Origin: a virus
Taxonomy: Duplodnaviria > Caudoviricetes
Virus record (IMG/VR): IMGVR_UViG_3300022690_002018
Location: 1 to 59,507 of that record
Strand: one strand, 5' to 3'
Length of the DNA stretch: 59,507 bases
A program made the position numbers and the translations under genes. The notes below the pieces were generated by a model. That model was not told the DNA's origin, searched no databases, and was given only the letters and a program-made list of their open reading frames with translations. Below are positions 55,372 to 59,507 of the stretch, one piece after another; within the stretch, counting starts at the first letter, position 1, and each line of letters begins with the position of its first letter.

Positions 55372-56803
55372 AAGCTGCTTTCGCTTTTTCCAACAGCTCA
55401 CCGGCTAATAAAGGCTTACCATCCGAATTAACAATATCAATTAACTTGGTATCGTCGTCTTTCGGTGGTGGTTGTTCCGTGGAAGGGTCCGTTAAGGAAG
55501 CCGCTTCAGACACTGGGATCAATGTAGCCGAGATATAAACGTCGTCTCCCCCTTCTTTCAGGTCGTCTCTACCCAGCATTTGTCTAATTTCATTTAATGT
55601 CAGTACGTTAAGGTCTTTAATCTTATTTAATTCGGCATTACGACGCGGTTCCAATGCAGGAAGTTTCCCTTCTTCAAACGTAATTTGTAAACCGTTTGAA
55701 TTGGGATAGCGAGGCATTAAAAATAATGTCAGTTCCTTGAAAATACCCTTAGCCAAAGGAATGACTGCATTATCATAAAGTGTCAGTACAGAGTTTTCTA
55801 AATTATTCAGCGTCATCGTATCGGCACTCACCAAGGGGAGAGGAACTTTAAGTCCTGCTACAATGGTGTCAAAGACAGCTCGACGTAAAACGTCAAAATC
55901 CATGTCTAAGTTACTTTGTGTCATCTTCGTAAATTTCAAATTCATCGATAGAAAAGCACGACCCGCATTTTTAGCCCCCGTATAAAAACGCTTTATTTGA
56001 TTTCTAATTTCATTCTGTTTGTCTTGGCTCAAAAGAAGCGCATCATTATCCGGTGTAAAAATTCCACCGACAGTAGTTCCTCGCTTCAGCAAGCTATTAT
56101 TATGAATGGACGCACTAAGGTATTGCTCTATTTCAATTCCTAAAGGCGTTAAGGGAGAAAACCCACGTAAAGAATGGAGGACAGGGGAGAAATCCTTAAT
56201 ATGCCATAGCTCTCTATCACCACTGTTATGAACAAAACGCATCTGACCATTAATCTCAACACGCTCAAAAACAAAAGAAATTTTATCTGAATCAATTGTA
56301 AACCGTCCAGGGAAATCGTCAATTCCTGATTCATCTACCGTTACCTGAGCTGGATTAACAACAAAAAGTTCCAGTGGAGGACGCGTAATATTTCCCGTCG
56401 CCATTATAAAGACTTCACCCGTAACGTAAAAAAAAGTCGAAATGCCTTTTAAAAATTTATCCTGTGTCATTTGTGCATTGGGTCTTTTCAATAATTCCAA
56501 AACCGGATGAGGGATAAATTGTTCAGCCTGATTCTCTATCGCTGGTGGAATCGTGGCAAATTCTTCCGTCACTCGATCCACCGCCAGGGCCACAGGGGCA
56601 ACCGTTCGATAGTATTGTAAAGAGATGTGAGGACTTAGGCTGGTATTAACACTAAACCCCTCGTTCCCTCCCAGGAAACCAGCAGGAAATAAAGCAGCAT
56701 CTTTGAAATTAAGTAAAGAAGTCCCGTAAATTTGATTGATTTGATTTTCTAAAGAAAAAGCTTTTTGTTTCCGTGTAAAGATTCGTTTTAAAATATTAGC
56801 CAC
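55355..56803 (-). CDS. Portal protein, HK97 family
   Basis: HPVLELLKRPN, RGFSPL, GAKNAG, LTLNEIRQMLG, EGGD. Confidence 0.94.
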   Translation of the reverse strand: MANILKRIFTRKQKAFSLENQINQIYGTSLLNFKDAALFPAGFLGGNEGFSVNTSLSPHISLQYYRTVAPVALAVDRVTEEFATIPPAIENQAEQFIPHPVLELLKRPNAQMTQDKFLKGISTFFYVTGEVFIMATGNITRPPLELFVVNPAQVTVDESGIDDFPGRFTIDSDKISFVFERVEINGQMRFVHNSGDRELWHIKDFSPVLHSLRGFSPLTPLGIEIEQYLSASIHNNSLLKRGTTVGGIFTPDNDALLLSQDKQNEIRNQIKRFYTGAKNAGRAFLSMNLKFTKMTQSNLDMDFDVLRRAVFDTIVAGLKVPLPLVSADTMTLNNLENSVLTLYDNAVIPLAKGIFKELTLFLMPRYPNSNGLQITFEEGKLPALEPRRNAELNKIKDLNVLTLNEIRQMLGRDDLKEGGDDVYISATLIPVSEAASLTDPSTEQPPPKDDDTKLIDIVNSDGKPLLAGELLEKAKAAYGDGI

Positions 56804-56804
56804 T

Positions 56805-58181
56805 CTAACAACTCACTATCATAGGTTCATCGCCTAAACGTTTACGGATAAAATTAAATGCGCCACTGGTTCCGTCAATTACATCATCATGACTTTGCGT
56901 TTCCGTACCGAAACTCTCCGATTCTGCAAAAAAAGATTCATTCCAATGACCCCGCACTACTTTAACGCGTTTCGCGGACGCAATCGAACTGAATGATTTA
57001 TAACGAGTCAATTTATCTTTAGTTTCTATCTCTAATCGAACTTCACACCCTGGCGCACCCTGTACGATATCATCTAACAAAAAAGCAGCTTCCGCTTTTC
57101 CGGCTTGTCCCGGGTCTTGCGCTAACACGCATACAGTAAATGGTTCTTTCTTAGCAATATCAATAATTCTCTGTTTTACCATGTGCGGGCCTTCCCAAAA
57201 TTGAATCATATCAAGAATGTAATACCCTCCGTCAACGTAACACATTTTAAGACCAACGGTGGCATCGGGACTTCGATTCCGCGAAGTCATTTCAGAAGCC
57301 GCCCGATCCCAATAACGCACCGTAAAACTGTTTACCGGAGGAATATCAACAATCTCTACCCAGTCTCGACTAAACCAGTCGCCCCGTTGTGCAACCAGTT
57401 TCCAATTTCCCTCTAATAAACGTCGGCGTTCAATGGGAACCATCGACCGAAGATTCGCTAAATATTCTGGGTTAACTTCTAATAGTTTCGGATTATCAAA
57501 AATATTCGCTGAAACAAACGTAAAAGATTTTGCGCCACAATCTTCACCGTATTTTTTAAATGCTTCTTCTTCAGTGTCTGTCCAAAAAAGATTATCTCCA
57601 ATCGTTATTACCCACCGAACAACCCCAGAGCGATCTTCATCAGGGAAACCGTCTTTTTTTAGCCACCAATCAATATAATTTTTAATCCATGAATCATGAA
57701 TTGGATTGCAAGTACATCTAATATAAGGGACGATCCCAGAACTTGAACGATTCCTGCTCCATAGATAACTAAATTGTGTTTGTGTAAAATTTTGCAGTTC
57801 ATCAAAGCATAATAATCCAATCTGTGCCCCTTGGTAATCGTATTTGTTGTGCTCATACAACATGTGACAAAACTTAATCTTCATACCGGATGGAAACTCT
57901 ATTTCCATTTTACTGTCTCTAAATTTCGCCATTCCTTTATAAAGACGTTGCGCTTCTTCCCATAAGCCCCCTTGCGTTCGAATTTGAGGAGAGCTGCGCC
58001 GAAAAATAGAGACCCCAAACAGACCGTTGTTCACATGACGAAGGGCTTCGATTAAAAGGGCCATGGTCTTACCCGCACCGGCGGCCCCGCCATAAAAGAC
58101 TACATCTGCCGAGGAGGCCATGAAGGCCGTTTGCTTGCCGGTTTGCGGTTCAAAAACAATTCTATCGGTTTCCATTGGCAA
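56805..58181 (-). CDS. terL: Terminase large subunit
   Basis: YGGAAGAGKT Walker A, CFDEL Walker B, TCNP, RYWDRAA, HDDVIDG nuclease motif. Confidence 0.95.
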   Translation of the reverse strand: MPMETDRIVFEPQTGKQTAFMASSADVVFYGGAAGAGKTMALLIEALRHVNNGLFGVSIFRRSSPQIRTQGGLWEEAQRLYKGMAKFRDSKMEIEFPSGMKIKFCHMLYEHNKYDYQGAQIGLLCFDELQNFTQTQFSYLWSRNRSSSGIVPYIRCTCNPIHDSWIKNYIDWWLKKDGFPDEDRSGVVRWVITIGDNLFWTDTEEEAFKKYGEDCGAKSFTFVSANIFDNPKLLEVNPEYLANLRSMVPIERRRLLEGNWKLVAQRGDWFSRDWVEIVDIPPVNSFTVRYWDRAASEMTSRNRSPDATVGLKMCYVDGGYYILDMIQFWEGPHMVKQRIIDIAKKEPFTVCVLAQDPGQAGKAEAAFLLDDIVQGAPGCEVRLEIETKDKLTRYKSFSSIASAKRVKVVRGHWNESFFAESESFGTETQSHDDVIDGTSGAFNFIRKRLGDEPMIVSC

Positions 58182-58196
58182 TGTAAGAAAACCCTA

Positions 58197-58613
58197 TTAA
58201 CCTTCCAGTGGCAACGTAAGCTGCTCTGGTTCCGATTTACCTCTCCTAACCCTTCCCGAGCGTCTATCCATTTCATCGAGTCTTTGTATTTCTTTACTCA
58301 AAAGCTCTTCATGAAGCCTTGCTATTTTTATGTCCTCTTTTAACCCTGGCGACTCAACAGCATCGTCATCGTACTCTGGGAGTATGAGACCTTTTTTATC
58401 AAATGCAAAATAGGGGGCTACTCGTTCAATGGCTTCCTCCACCCTTTTACTATCCACTATTTTTAAATAGTGGTGTTGCGGTTTATCTTCTGGTTTTTCT
58501 TTTATACAACATATTTCTCGTATTTCTTCTCGTACCCAATTATTAAATTCCTTGAGTAACAGCCAATGCAGTTCCATAGTTTTTTTCCTTATTTTAGTGT
58601 TTATCACGCCCAT
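58197..58613 (-). CDS. Hypothetical protein between the terminase subunits
   Basis: 138-aa ORF in operon orientation. Confidence 0.55.
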   Translation of the reverse strand: MGVINTKIRKKTMELHWLLLKEFNNWVREEIREICCIKEKPEDKPQHHYLKIVDSKRVEEAIERVAPYFAFDKKGLILPEYDDDAVESPGLKEDIKIARLHEELLSKEIQRLDEMDRRSGRVRRGKSEPEQLTLPLEG

Positions 58614-59121
58614 TATCGGGCAGGTTTACAATGACCTGAATAGACCTTTCGGGCTCACTGTCTTCTTTGGTAGGAGGTCCGTACTCTTTGGGCCAGCAAC
58701 GTTCCAGCAACTTAATCGCGGCTTTCCAATTAGATTCTGCCTCAGAATTTGCCACTTTCCAAACAACCTTTAAGGCGCGTTGTTGTGCCCTGGCAGTGGC
58801 AAATTCTAATTTTTTGTACAAATCAACAAGCTCGAAGGGCGCGTCACTCTCTAGAGATTTTCGATACCAATTGCTCTGGGTACTACTCGGTATGCCCGCA
58901 ACTCCAAACGCACGCGCGTCGGACAAACCCATTTCTTTTGCTTGTAAAACGATACTCACTGTATTGGCATTTAGATATTTCGGTCTCGGCCCTGTTTTTT
59001 TCTTAATGGCTTTGCGTTTATAGGGCTGTTTTTTTTTAGCTTTCGTTTCTTCAGGCATCGAATTGATCTCTTTTAAAAAGTAACGGGTTCTTGACATTAA
59101 AACGCCTTTAGTATAACGCAT
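58594..59121 (-). CDS. terS: Terminase small subunit-like protein
   Basis: GPRPK, HTH (AGIPSSTQSNW), NWKAAIKLLERCWPKEYG, VNLPDNGR. Confidence 0.75.
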   Translation of the reverse strand: MRYTKGVLMSRTRYFLKEINSMPEETKAKKKQPYKRKAIKKKTGPRPKYLNANTVSIVLQAKEMGLSDARAFGVAGIPSSTQSNWYRKSLESDAPFELVDLYKKLEFATARAQQRALKVVWKVANSEAESNWKAAIKLLERCWPKEYGPPTKEDSEPERSIQVIVNLPDNGRDKH

Positions 59122-59212
59122 TGATTAAATGGAGGTCAAAAGTGTCCAGATTGAATCTGGACAGTGGAGTAATACGCCATGCTCCCCGTTGTTTAAACAT
59201 GGTTTTGGCATG

Positions 59213-59256
59213 GTTGCATTAGTTTTACTGCAACGTTGCATTAGTTTTACTGCAAC
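59213..59256. repeat. 22-bp tandem repeat x2 with palindromic ends
   Basis: GTTGCATTAGTTTTACTGCAAC at 59213 and 59235. Confidence 0.9.
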
Positions 59257-59363
59257 GTTGTGTGGCTTTCCAATTAAACCTCAAGGCATAATTTACAAAA
59301 CCTTGAGATATCAATAAATATGTAATTAAATCAAATAGTTAATATCAAGGTATTTCAAGGTAT

Positions 59364-59507
59364 TTCAATATTTTTCCTCGATATTGTCTCTATCACAAAA
59401 AAGTTGATGGGACCAAGGCTCGCCATCAACTTTTTATCCCAGCTAATATCCCATCATCCCACTGGGACATTAGCTGGGATAAAAACGTCAAGATGGGGGT
59501 GCAATTC
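59364..59507. repeat. Terminal direct repeat, right copy
   Basis: Identical to 1-144. Confidence 0.97.

Overview
The window is an apparently complete, AT-rich (roughly 35-37% GC by eye) tailed-phage genome. Bases 1-144 repeat at 59364-59507, giving a circle of about 59,363 bp. It combines an APSE-like replication module (primase-SF3 helicase, DUF2800 nuclease, DUF2815 SSB, family A DNA polymerase, VRR-NUC, SNF2 helicase), an HK97-type head and a Mu-like contractile tail. It also encodes a holin, an endolysin, three tRNAs plus a tRNA-like relic, and an intact IS1595 element carrying a KilA-N passenger gene. I saw no integrase, partition genes or reverse transcriptase. The most unusual points are: (1) three tandem full-length tail-sheath paralogs with patchwork identity; (2) five tandem paralogs of the post-capsid decoration-type protein; (3) many orphan type II antitoxin-like genes (Panacea/DUF4065, Phd, double Phd, RelB-like, HTH_37 HigA-like, a doubled HigA-type N-terminal segment lacking its HTH, many RHH proteins) with no recognisable toxin; (4) a six-member small-domain family used in modular fusions; (5) an 86%-identical tRNA-Glu/tRNA-Asp pair with co-switched identity elements; (6) a 16-bp palindromic operator at most sigma70-like promoters. 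All family assignments come from motif recognition by eye, not database searches.
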